Assembly (NCBI GenBank): GCA_001687465.1
Contig: LVLI01000278.1
Span: forward strand, 1-64,000
Source: Halocafeteria seosinensis
Lineage: Eukaryota
Direction: 5' to 3'
DNA length: 64,000 bases
In this document: piece by piece, positions 11,951 through 24,100 of the stretch
Layout of the letters: each line of letters starts with the position of its first letter
Numbering within the stretch: the stretch's first letter is position 1
Position numbers and translations under genes: made by a program
The notes under the pieces: generated by a model
Database searches by the model: none
What the model was told of the DNA's origin: nothing
Seen by the model: only the letters and a program-made list of their open reading frames with translations

Positions 11951-13195
11951 CTACTTCTTCTCTGTGTACAGATCGTTGGAATTATCGATACTGTCACAGT
12001 CGGGAACGACTGCTGCCAGTATAACTGTGAGATCGTCTTCTTTTCCCCCGGTCCACTCTTTGCCATGAGCGGCCGCGCTGACAGCAAATGGGCTATTGGC
12101 TGTCTCCGAGCTGGATATCTTCTCGCTACATTCTCGTAAAGCATTTAGTGCCGGCTTGAGCTCTCCTCGACACGCCGACTCCCTGCATATTAACATGTTG
12201 AATGTATCAAACACATTTACCGCAAGATGCTGTATGAATGACGACGGACGCACAGTTGCTTTAATTCTTCGCAATCCTTGATCTCCCCCTGTTCGTCGTA
12301 GAGTTTTGCTGCCTTTTCGCCGAACTGCCTACACTTAGTGAAGTGAAAACTGCAATTTGGAAGGCGCTGTAAATGATGTCACAGTCAATCAACAACGACA
12401 ATTACACAACGTACGAGGTCAGTATCTTCCTCATCTCTTCAACGAACACGTTGTCAAAAAGACCATCTGTAGCAAGCAGTACTGCAAGAGCGAACCAATT
12501 GCAAATTAAATTTCCTTTAACATCAATAATTACATCCTGTTGCTTACGTAAGTCCCCAGGTTTTGGTGCAAAGCTTAAGTGTTGTCCGTGTACAGGCTGC
12601 GTATCCAATGTAAAATCCCGTGCATCACCACCATCATGTTTTGAATCCACAAGACCAACACCCTTACCAAGTCATCACTCATGGAGCCCAGCTGACGGGG
12701 AAAATTGAAGCCTAACGTCTGTTCCTTGGAGCGAGTTCCAATTTGATAGGTGCCGTCGTCTTGAGCACTGAAGTGAACCAATCCAGAATCCCCAAGGTTA
12801 ATGGCCTTCACGTTGCCTCGGCCTCCACAGGCGATTGTTGCGGTCGATGACCCTATATGTTGTTTTGCATGTTCGTACGCGTATTCCAGCACTTTCTGTG
12901 GCTCTAAATCGCCGCCATTCGTCCCTGATTGCTTAACATGGTCTCGAACGTAGGCGAAGGCACTCTGCATCAATGCTCTTGAGAAGTTCCCAGAATCCAC
13001 CCCCCACGATGCCCAACCTCCGACACCGTCCGCTACCCCCAGTGCCTTTTGCGTGATGAACAGAGCATCCTCCCCTCGTCCCTGCTTGGCAGGGTCGTCT
13101 CGGACAAAGCCTTCAGCGATAAACCCGAAAGGAAGACCACCTCCTGCTCCGGGACGTCCGGCGCTGCTTGAAAAGTGTCGTAGCAGGCCCTTCAT
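11951..13195 (-). CDS. PTC7: PTC7-type PP2C protein phosphatase, probably mitochondrial (multi-exon)
   Basis: Motifs GEDALF, GVADGVGGW, GSSTA, NLGDSG, FNFPRQLG, LATDGLFDNV, SPFA and GGKEDDLTVI. Basic N-terminal presequence-like segment. Confidence 0.92.
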
Positions 13196-13275
13196 GGCTC
13201 ATGCAAGACGATTAAAATTTTTTGGTATTGTTATATATTATTTATAATTTTGGTGGAAAGGAACAAATAATAACA

Positions 13276-14268
13276 ATGGGCAAGGATAAGGGTGATCTGA
13301 AGGAGGAAGCAGGCAAACAGAAGCTCATACAAGGGCATATTGAACCCCGAGGATGCTGTCATAAATGCGTCAAAGTGTTACTAAAATGGTCCAATATGAT
13401 GCTCTTACTGCTCGGACTAGGAATTACGGCGTACGGCGCGTATTTGGCCATCAAAAAGAAAGGCTCAGTCACCTCGTTATCAGGTATGCAGACCTAGAAC
13501 TTGCCTTGGAATTGTAAAACCTAAGCCATATGCAGAGTGGTTTGGAAGCCTATTGAGTGTTATTATTTATGAAACGCCTTCCGCATTCCAGGTGTGGTCT
13601 TGGGAGTCGGGATTGTTAACATTGTATTCCCTGGAGGAATCATTTTAATCGGACATAAATATCGAGGATGTCTGCATTTTAATATATTCGTGCAAGGAAT
13701 GCTGTTTCTGGCAGAAATAACAGCTGCAATAGTGTTCCTAACACAAAAAACAAGAGAAGATATCATGAAGAAGGCACCAAAAGTAAGTTATGAGAAATCG
13801 CATTTCAAGTCCATGTTACCCCGACAGCAGCAACTGCTGCAGGATGAGCGGGAGCGGGTTGAAAATCACTTGAAAGCTACAGCATATGTGCTATTTGCCA
13901 TAGCAGTAGTGCAGTTGATTGCGCTAGCAACGGCCTATGCTCGCTCGCAAGGGCTTATCGAAAACTGGGAACTAGACAGGTGCGTTAGCAGTTGAACCAT
14001 GAGGGTCCGAGAAACACCTCCCGTTTACATCGATATCCGGTCTGACAGTGACGACGTGGACGAAACGGGCCGAGCGTTGATGAAGGAGGAGAAAAAGCAG
14101 CGGGATGAAGAAAGAGAAAGAGCACGAGTTGAAAAAGCAAAATCAAGGCATTATGAGAAGAATGTACGTAACTTACGAAAGCGTGTACACAACCTCAAGA
14201 AGCAAGTTGTAGCGTTCGGTTTGCAGAAAGAGTTTTACGAACGCTATGGACGTGCTCCCAAAGTGTAG
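13276..14268 (+). CDS. Tetraspanin-like 4-TM protein with short large loop (multi-exon)
   Basis: CVKVLLKWSNMMLLLLGLGITAYG (TM1), GCLHFNIFVQGMLFLAEITAAIVF (TM3 with conserved Glu), YVLFAIAVVQLIAL (TM4), and a charged C-terminal tail. Confidence 0.7.
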
Positions 14269-14473
14269 CTGAGTCACGATAGCATCGCAATGACACTATG
14301 CACAACCGTTGAGCACCGGGTAGAACAAGAATGCTTCTCTGTGTCACACAGACTGTGTTTTGTTGCATGATGTCACGAAAAATAAACTACTGCAGTTGCT
14401 CGATTGCTCTACAGTCGCGTTATTACAATTCCACTACAGCTCACATGTTCCGCATTGTGGTCAGAGGCATGGG

Positions 14474-14512
14474 TGACTCATCATGAGTCCTAATGAGTGG
14501 CTCACTGAGTCA
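14474..14512. promoter_or_regulatory. Cluster of AP-1/GCN4-like bZIP sites upstream of the Patched/NPC1-like gene
   Basis: TGACTCA 14474, TGAGTCC 14484, TGAGTGG 14494 and TGAGTCA 14506. Confidence 0.4.
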
Positions 14513-14836
14513 AATCGGAAATTTGGCGGTACCGCTGGTACGTCTGACCTTCACAAGGACCTTCACAGAGATATGGGCGTCCATGTATACACGTCATACA
14601 CCGTATGATACACGCTGATGTGTCGTTAGGATGTCAAACCTGATGATTCAAGGTCGCCAGTAAAATAGCCCAGGTCCAAGGATCCGGAACAGGTTCGGCA
14701 GGGGAGGAATCATTGGTAAGCCGCTACCAAATGGCCCTCCCATTGAGGCTCGCAATGGTTTAATTCCATGATTTCCAGGTCCCCAGGAATTTGATGATTC
14801 TCGTGCCTCTTCGTCTGGATTTATTGCACACCAAAG

Positions 14837-17800
14837 ATGAAGCTCGTCAACCAAAGGAGAGAAGGCGAGCAGACAGAGGAAAGTGGAAATTCGGGGGCTC
14901 AAGGCTCTGACGTCACAATCAACGGCGGCAACACGGAGGAGCAGTCAGAGACGTCGAAACGGCCCTCCCCCAGTCTTGTCCGACGCATTTCCCAAGGCAT
15001 TGACAACAATCTTCAAAAGTTTTTCGGGCACGTTGGGTATTGCTCTGGACAGTATCCGGAGCGAACTATAGCGCTGTCGGTTCTCTGTACCGCCATTCTG
15101 CTGAGTGGGTTGGTTGAGTACAGTGAGGAATCTCGCCCAGAACAGCTGTTTGTCCCCGAAACCGCGTAAGTGTGACAGGATCGGATGCACATGCTATTGT
15201 GGCACTGCTTTAGCAGCAAACCGACTCGGCCATGTGCAGAGAAGTGTTAGACCAGTTAGGAATTATTGGAAGAGAATTTAGAGGTGAGCCACGAAAGACG
15301 GTGGTATATATATACGGACGAGAAAGGGGGCAGAACATTCTTACATATAAGGCGTTAGAGGAAGCATTTGTTGTGGAGGATGTAGCTAGAGCAACTGTGG
15401 CGACGGCTACCGTTCCCGGAGTGGACACTACACGGTGGACATTTCAAGATGCATGTTTAAAGAGGCGCAGTGAAGACGGCAACGACGAAGTGTGCTACTT
15501 GACTAGTATTCTAGATATCTGGGAAAATAAAACAGCATTGACCAGTGACATGGAAGCGGGGATTGACATTGGCGAAAAAATTTCACAACTGCACGAATCG
15601 GGTGAACTGGATGATCGATTCGGAGAGAGGTGAGTACTCTTTTTCCTATAATTTTGCATCACATTACAGGGCAAAAATAAAAAAACTGTCGTTTGAGCTT
15701 GTCAGAATAATTCTAGAGAGATATTTAGGAGGCATATCATACGGCTCAAACGGGTATATTCAAGGAGCACGCGCTCTTCGGATGGAATTCAAGCTGCAAG
15801 ATCGTTCATTTTTCCGAGACGTAGGTGTTGTGCTTCTTGATGATTACTTTTGGAAATTGCTTTTTATTATGGTTGAAGCAATTTCCAGGGAGAAACTATC
15901 GATCCAGTGGGGGAGGAATGGGAGTTACAGTTCGTCGATAACCTCGGGAAGACAAGAACCGACGGGAAACAAGCTTCATTCGAGGAAGTTGCAGCCATTG
16001 CAAATGCTCCGTAAGTCAAGCAAACGAATAGTGAAGTAGCAATCTCTTACTCTCACCGCTCATTGTCACAGTGCGGCGTTTAGTGAAGAATTCTCAGATG
16101 CTATAGGGGATGATCTGGCTCTAGTGGGAGTGTCCATTGTTGTCCTGATATTGTACGTGTGCTTTCAGTTCAGCGGAAAGCCATTCGTGCGCAGTAGTAT
16201 AGGGCTTGCTCTCGGAGCTGTTGCTACCGTCGGCTTATCCCTTGCATGGGCTTATGGACTCGGCGCGACACTCTCACCCTTTACTCAGGTGCACAACGTG
16301 TTGCCCTTTCTCCTTTTTGGCATTGGAGTAGACGATGTGTTCGTGGTACGGGAGGCCTACTTGCGTTCTCACAAAGAGGGGTCGCCTGGAAGAAGGATGC
16401 AAGAAGCGATAGCGGAAGTGGGGTCAAGCTTGCTGTTGACATCTCTAACCGATTTCACAGCGTTTATGATTGGCAGCACGACGGTGCTCCCGGCTCTTTC
16501 AGCTTTCGCCGAGTGGGCTGCTTTCGGGGTAATGGGAGCGTTCGTATTGAGCATAACGTTTTTTGCTTCGCTTGTAGTCCTCGATGAGAGAAGGAAACAA
16601 GAGAAGAGGGTTGACGTCTTATGTTGCTGTACAAGCAAGGTCGGCACCAACGATGAGGAAAGCGCTGGAGATCGAGATAATTCCATGTCAAGGAGGGATA
16701 CTGACGAAACGTTCAAAGCGGATAATCAAATTAAGACTTCGAGGTCTTCAAATACTGACGATGTCAATGGTAATTATAGCACTTCAGGTGAGTATGGACA
16801 AGAGACGCGGCAAGGGTACCTCGTAAGGAAATACGGAGAGTTATTACTCAGTACATACGGGCGGGTGGTGGTACTATTAGCTTTTTCGGGCTTAGTTGCG
16901 TTTTCTGCTGTTGGTATAGCCTCCCAGCTAAAGGTAGAATTTCGACAGGAGTGGTAAGGAGCTTCCTTAGTCAATTTAAGAAGTTAGTCTAGTCGTTCAA
17001 GACAGTTGCTGTTACATTACAGGTTCTTGCCGGCAGGTTCGTACCTCAAGAGGTTTTTTGAAGTTGAAAACACCTATTTCGCCGAGAGTGGTCCCCAAGT
17101 AGAAGTGTATATGAGAGACGTTAACACGTTCGAAGATCGGCAGTTTCTTTCAAGTGTGCCTGGAACGGTCTCGCGGAATAGATTCGTCGAAGAGAAGGGC
17201 CTAGTGTTTTGGTACTCCCAGTTTCTTCGGGATGTAAATGTCTCCATGGTGACTGATCGAGATGCCTTTAACGGTATTTTGTCGGCATGGTTTAACAATG
17301 AGGGGAGACGTTTCCTTCCGGACGTAACATTCGATGACAAGGAAGAAGGAATCATCGGCATCAGTCGACTGAGGGCATTCTATGAGAGATTGGACAGTTC
17401 ATCAGATAAGGTAGACGCAATGGAAACCTTAAGAGAGGACGTAAATATCGTAGCAAGGGAGAATGGGTTTCCTCAGACGGATGTCTTCCCTTTCAGCCAA
17501 GAATACACAGACTGGGAGGTATTTATTGTCGTGAAGGAAGAGAGCATCCGTAATTTGACCGTCGCTGTGGCAGCGACGTTTGTAGTCGTTATGCTTTTCT
17601 TGGGATCATTTGCAGGATCCGTGATCGCAACACTTGCAGTTGCTCTTTGTTTGCTAAGTATTGCCGGCACCATGGGATTCTGGGACGTTACACTTGAGGG
17701 TGTTTCTGTCATCAATTTGGTGTTGGCTATAGGACTGACAGTAGATTACACTGTTCATATAGTTCACTCGTTCCTTCATAAGCAAGGAACGCGTACAGAA

Positions 17801-18090
17801 CGAGCCCAGCAAGCGTTAAACACCATGGGAATTTCAGTGTTGAACGGTGCTACATCGACATTTCTCGCTATTGTGGTCTTGAGCGCCAGTGGAAGTTTCA
17901 TTTTCGAGGTTTTCTTCAAAATGTTTTTCCTGTCATGTGTCTTCGGTGCAGGTAGGCTTTTACTATGTTATCCCCTTGCCTTCTAATGAATGCATTGTTT
18001 CCTTGGTGTGCAGGCTATGGGCTTATCTTCGTTCCCGTTCTACTGTCCTTCGTTGGCCCAGAGGGTCATGAAACGGTTGAGTTCGGCTGA
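14837..18090 (+). CDS. Patched/NPC1-like sterol-sensing-domain RND transporter (PTCHD3-like; multi-exon)
   Basis: SSD motifs LPFLLFGIGVDDVFV, EVGSSLLLTSLTDFTAFMIG and LPALSAF. Second TM cluster SVINLVLAIGLTVDYTVHIVHSF and GISVLNGATSTFLA. Last exon ends ...VEFG-TGA at 18090. Confidence 0.92.
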
Positions 18091-19267
18091 AACCAAACGA
18101 TAAATGAAATACCCCAGATTAGGGGAATGTTGCTTATAACGCATTCGACACCCGTCTAGTGAGTTGTTAACCTGTGGAGAGCGGCGAAATCTAAGTCGAT
18201 TGCTCTATCTCATAATCACATTCCGTAACCATTGTGAAAACAGCTCCCGTTCATGCACATGCATATTGTAGAACTCGATGCCTCCTCTTCGTCGCCGTCT
18301 GCTTCGTCAGCGGCTTCGTCACAACCGCCTTCTTCTTCGGCAACGCCTTCTCCGCCAGCGTTGTCCTCGACTCCCTTATTGCCGGTGACAGTAACCTGGT
18401 ACACAATAGGAGTGGACCATTTCGAACTGCTCATACGTACCCGCAGGCATATTCCATTTTCCTGGTAAAATATGGCTCGCGTGCTTGAATGAAAAATCCA
18501 CATATGGGACGGATGGGCTATAATACAGAAAGATAATTATAATTATTACGGTACAACGTACGCTTGTAGGCATCATGGCAAAAGGTCTTTCTTAGTCATG
18601 CCGCTTACCAGCTTACCCCGTAGTAGAGATTCGCGTAGGCCATGTTGCCCCTCAATGGTCCACTATTGGAAGGATTCCAGTGCGTGCCAAAAGAGAGTTG
18701 GTAGCTAAAGAGAAGAGTAGCTTATCTCTGAGAAAGGTTTCTCCTCCCATCAGTAACTAAAGTGTATTGTGGACCAAAAGATTCCACGCCAATAATTGCG
18801 TGCTATGATGTCCCCATGTAGCGGTATGAGCCGTGTGTAGCCCTAGTTTTTCTGACGCTCTCGAATATGTAATACATGGTACATGCATACAGATGCTACT
18901 CGTACACCATCTTCGTAGCCTTGCATATCCGTATATGACTCCCTTGTTTTGGAGCACTTCTGGAGCAGCTATTCATGCATTTTGGACTTCCCGGCGTACT
19001 TTCATTCCTCCACTCATGCACTTAAATATGATGTACAGTTTGCATTCTCCGTACCCCTTCGCGCGAGGAGCTGCTTCGGAAGTGCTTCGCCAGTGGCTTC
19101 TGTCTTGACTTCAACTTCAAGGAAGCAGGTTGAAGAAAAATAGAAGAAATGGCCTATTGTGTGTTGTTAGAGTCCTATATACAGTCTGTTTCACCTTTAT
19201 GAACAGAAGTCTTCCCGTAGGGATATAGCACTTGCACCCAGGTATCCCCAGAGGCAGAGATTTTAGA

Positions 19268-21072
19268 ATGAGTAGCAGTGATGGGAACTCTGGAGAGTCT
19301 TCCTCTTCTGGAATCCATGAAATCAAAGGCTTACAGCAGCTGGAATCGTACATTAAACAGGGCAAACAAGAAGGAAAGCTTGTTGTAGCTGATTGCACTG
19401 CATCCTGGTGGTATGTGCCTCCCTTAGTCACTAGTTCACGCATCTGAACAAAGGGAGAGGAGAACAAATTCTGCACTCTGGGCCTTGTTTTCTTCCTATT
19501 TTATGATGATTATCGCCATAGAATGACCTGAGGCTTGGTTTATATGAACGCAGTGGACCTTGTCAAGCCATCGCACCGGTGTATGAACAACTAGCGAAAA
19601 CTTACCCTGATGTGTTGTTTCTCAAAGTAAGCTTGAAGCCCAAGGAATACTATCATGCTTGAATCGACACATGCGTACCATTCCAGGTTAGCGAAGGAGA
19701 GGAAGGAAATAAGGAAGTCCTAATGGAGTATTCAGTGAGGGCTTTCCCGACTTTCCTTTTCTTCGTCAGTGGAGAAAAGCGTGATGAGGTCAAAGGCGCC
19801 GATCCGAATGCTCTGAAACAGAAAATCGAGAGCTTGCAGAGTGAAATCTTCCGACCCTTTGGAGGAGAAGGACAATCACTGGGTGCCCCTTCTGAGAACG
19901 TCGATCCCCGTGAGGCTCGTTTGCGGAGGTTGGGAGCTGGCTCTGCATCTGGCCAAAGTAGTGCGAGCTCTTCTGCAAATACTCAGGGGAATATCCCTGC
20001 CAGTAGTACTTCCCAAACACCGCAGGATGCCTGCAAACTTGGAGATCCAAACTGCATGAGCTCCGAGGGGTCACAACTGCAGCAATCGCTCCTAGAAATG
20101 GGCTTCGAGTTGGAAATGGTGCAGGAGGCAATCAAGGCCACTAAGGCATCCAGTCTGGATGAAGCAGTTGAATGGATTGCGCAAAAACAAGAAGAAACTG
20201 AAAACGGTGAGACAACTCAAACAGACTCTGCAAATAGACCCGCACAGGGAAATGTTGTAGCATCTGTGACGAGTGACACCGCAACTGGGGAAGCGACATC
20301 CGCTCAGGCTCCTGATGAGACCAGTGCTCCAGTCAGCACTACTGAAAATACCGAAGATGGAAAAAACCTTAGTCCTGAGGAGAAGGTACGCCGTGCGGAA
20401 GAATTGATCAAGAAGAAACGCCGAGAAAAAGAAGAGCAGGAGAAACGAGACGAAATTGAACGGGAAAAGAAGCGACGGGAGCAAGGTAAGGAGATGTCAA
20501 AAGTCAAAGAAACGTACGAGGAAAAACAACGCCGACGTGATATTGAGGAACGAGAAAAAGAGAAGCGTATGAAAGCGGAAGAACGTGAACAAATCCGAAA
20601 AAGACTGGCTCAAGATCAACTAGAAAAACTGGCTGAGCAATATGGTGGTGTCGATAAGATACCTGAAGAAAGAAAGAATCCAATAATGGAGAGACTCCAA
20701 GGTTCCTCTGCGTCTGCGAAGAGCAAGCTTTCTCAAGGGACTCCGGAGGAACGAATCAAGAAGGCAGTTAATCTCACTAAGGAATTTAGAGCCGGTGGTG
20801 ACGGTCTAAGGGCCCTAAAGATCATGCGAGTCCTTATAAACAACCCTCTTACAAATCCTGAAGAGCCAAAATATGAAAAGATTAACCTGGATAATGAAAA
20901 GATTAAGACTCGATTGGTAAAATTGAAGACACCAATCACAGCCTTGGAGGCAACAGGATTCAAACGGCAGAACGAGGAGAACACCATGGTTCTCCATAGG
21001 GAAGAAGGTACCAACGATCGCATGAAGTACGCCTTGGAACAGATTGACAACGCTATCCAAGAATGTAACTAA
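19268..21072 (+). CDS. Thioredoxin (WCGPC)-UBA-coiled coil-PUB domain protein (p97/Cdc48 cofactor-like), 3 exons
   Basis: Splicing out intron 19411-19553 restores TASWCGPCQ; AFPTFLFF; SHP-like PFGGEGQSLG; UBA LLEMGF...ATKASSLDEAVEWI; E/K/R coiled coil; PUB LINNPLTNPEEPKYEKINLDN...LEATGF. Confidence 0.88.
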
Positions 21073-21114
21073 GATGTTTAAGTGTGGAACACTATGTGTT
21101 CCAGTTTGTATTGT

Positions 21115-24100
21115 TTATTGCGTCTTATTTTGCATTGCGAGCAGACGCCGCATCAGACTGTTTTTGTCCTCAACAAGTGACTCCATTTCGTCGTCGCGTC
21201 TATCGATAATCTCACGGTTACTATTGTTAATAAACCTGATGGCTTGCGTCATTTCTCTAAAAGCTTGTTGGCTCTTCGCAACCATCTCACGCAACTGGGC
21301 GTTTTGCTGTCGAAGAGTCGCGGTGTCAGCCTTATCCCCTGGTTCATCCATGTCCTGGAGGAGCTCCTGGGTAGTTAAGCTATAGTGGTAGGTAACCGCC
21401 ATACATAAGTCTGTGAGCTCTTCCACTTTCTCTACTTCATCGTCCATTTCCGTACTGGCATCAGACGAAGCAGACTTCCCGGAATTGTCTAGGTCTCCAG
21501 ATGTAGGAACTTCATCCCCATTGTGTTGCGCCTGCTTGGGATACTGACCACCATTTTGCCCGATAACTTCTTGGGTCCCTTTCGAGGAATCCAGGCTCTC
21601 GGAAGCACTTCCTTGCCTTCCTCCAGCAGATGGCGTGCTTTGTTTCTCCCTATCGGTGGATACGGACGGCTCTTCCTGCATGTGTGTATCAGTCCAACTC
21701 ACTCCGTCTTGGCAACTGTCTTCTCGATTTCCTTTTGGTTCATCTGTGTTCTTCCCTGACGGTTTGGAAGAAGCGACATCATTTCCTTCTCCGTTTTCGC
21801 CATCTTCGTCCTGCTGCTCAAATTGGTTCTCGTCCGAACGTGACGTTTCTGCCTCACCCTGTCGCTCATTTAATTTACCGGCAAGTAATTTCAGTAGGTT
21901 TTGCTTTTTCTTTTTCCACCCACGAGTATCAATACAGCTTCCAGAAATAGCGTCGGACCTTTGGAGGTACACGGGCTCTTCATCATTACGGATTGCAGAA
22001 CTCTTTTCATAAGTATCAACAACTAAGGTATGGCTCCAGGTAGCATCCGTAACGCCCGCGTCCATGGTGTCATAAACGTTGCCCTCGCACTCGTTCACCT
22101 GATCTAACTTGTATGCTTGATTTGGATACAGCAGGGCGAGATTCATTTCTCCAGAAGGCCATACCTTAGCCCTCGTAATCCCGATACCATCTGCCGCTTC
22201 TGCAGGAAGCAGCGCGGGGATAAGGTGCAATTGTGTTAGGCCACCCAATAATAGCGGTGAAGTATTGACCAAGCTTGACGACGTTTTATCTGATTTTTCA
22301 GAAAGAGTAGACTTCGGCGTAATCTGCGAAGGGGAACGACCATGTGTCATTGGAGACCACAAGTCTGGGGACATGAACGCCTTAGAAGACCATTGGTAGT
22401 GAGAGCGAGAGGATGCCCGTTGTATGGGCGAAACTATTGACTGCCTTTTCGAGCGACCTCCCGCTACGAAGTGCAGCGACATATGTTCCATCAAATTAGC
22501 AGTGGACTTCAGCACGCCGTATGTGAGAAGTGGAGGCGATTCTAAGTTCTCATCTAACATTCTTCGAAACAATTGAAAGTGTTCGTCTTCATAATTTGTT
22601 CCGCTTGTGTCACCAATGTATACCCTCATAAAGTGCCCTACGTCAAGGCTGGCCATCTCACAAAAGTCGAGCGGCTTCCCAAATTCAACATCCATAGACG
22701 GTATTTGTACAGCAAGCCAAGTTGGTCCTTCAGCAAAAGTATCGTTCGAAGTCTCAAGTACTAGCCGCACTTGGGACAGCTGCGCATGGTAGGCCACTAC
22801 TGTTCCATGTTTCGTGTGGGGCTCAGCCTCCGGTGCATCAATGTAGACTAACCTTCTTCTATCGTCGAAGGATTGAGTCGAGTCTCGATAGGAATGTGAA
22901 GGGGTGGCGGAGGGTGTTGCACCTTTAGTTACAGGCGTCTTCAACGTAACTCTAGAGGAGGTATTCAAATTGCTAGTCAAACTAGCAAGAAAGTTCTCAA
23001 CGGATGCTTTTGCAATGTGCATCGTCACTTCATACTCCGCCGGAGCAGTCCAGATATCTCTTGGCAGACTCACCAAGAGGTTCTCGGCTTCCAAAATCAA
23101 ATGATTAAAGTTCTCGTGAAGCTTAAATACATCGCCACTGTTCCACACGGAGTGTCCCGAAATAGCCTGTTCGTAAATCGGAAGACATCGTTCCAGATCC
23201 GTCACCCACCCGCCGTAGTGTCGAAATGAGGATTCCCTTAATTTGATATGAATGCTTCTTAGTTTACTTAAGTTTCGGTGGATCCGTAGTTTCCTTAGAG
23301 TGTTAGTTTCAGGAATATCAGCCCAGGTAGGGAAAACCTCTCCTCCAGGTTCAGGGGAATAAGCCTCATCCGATTCCACAGGCCTGCTTTGCTTCACTCG
23401 GGATAGAATCAGTTCTCTTTTTTCCGTGCGTAAAGAAGATCTGTAGGAATCCATCGGTAGCCAAAACGTTAACTCAAACATTGGATCCCTTCTGAATCGT
23501 CGAGGTCTCTTCCCCTCCACAGCAGTCGCTGAGCTGGAGTACGGGTGATGGAGTTCCCACGGCCGATAGAAGATCTCCTCGGGGTTCAGCGATTCTTCAT
23601 CATTGGCTTCGCTCTGGAGAAGCCGGCAAATGAAATTCTCAGTGTTTGTGAGTCGGTTTCTCCTTAAATGTTCAACTACAGTATCGTTTCCGAGAACGTG
23701 TATCACATCTCCATGAGATGGGCTAATAAAGTCGTAATCCTCATTGAAAGGAGAAAACGTCACGACAGTATCTTCTTGACTTCGGAAGCATCGTGGAAGC
23801 AAAGATAAATTCAAAAAGTAGCCATTGACAGTAGCGTAGTGCCGAACTTCGCTCAGAGAGAAGCGGTCAGCCGAGCTACTTCGGCTTTTTCCATGGAGCA
23901 GAGTATGAATTTGAGAATACATCTTATTAATTGTCGTCCCATCAGTGCGTTTGCGACAGGCAAAATGTAGTTCAAACAAACGATCGTTCTTACCGCGCAT
24001 CACCACACCTGGCAAAGGGATGTTCGGAGCTGCAGGTACTAGCCATTTACTTCCGGGACTCCACCATTTCGGATGCAAGATATGCCGGTTGTGCTGCACC

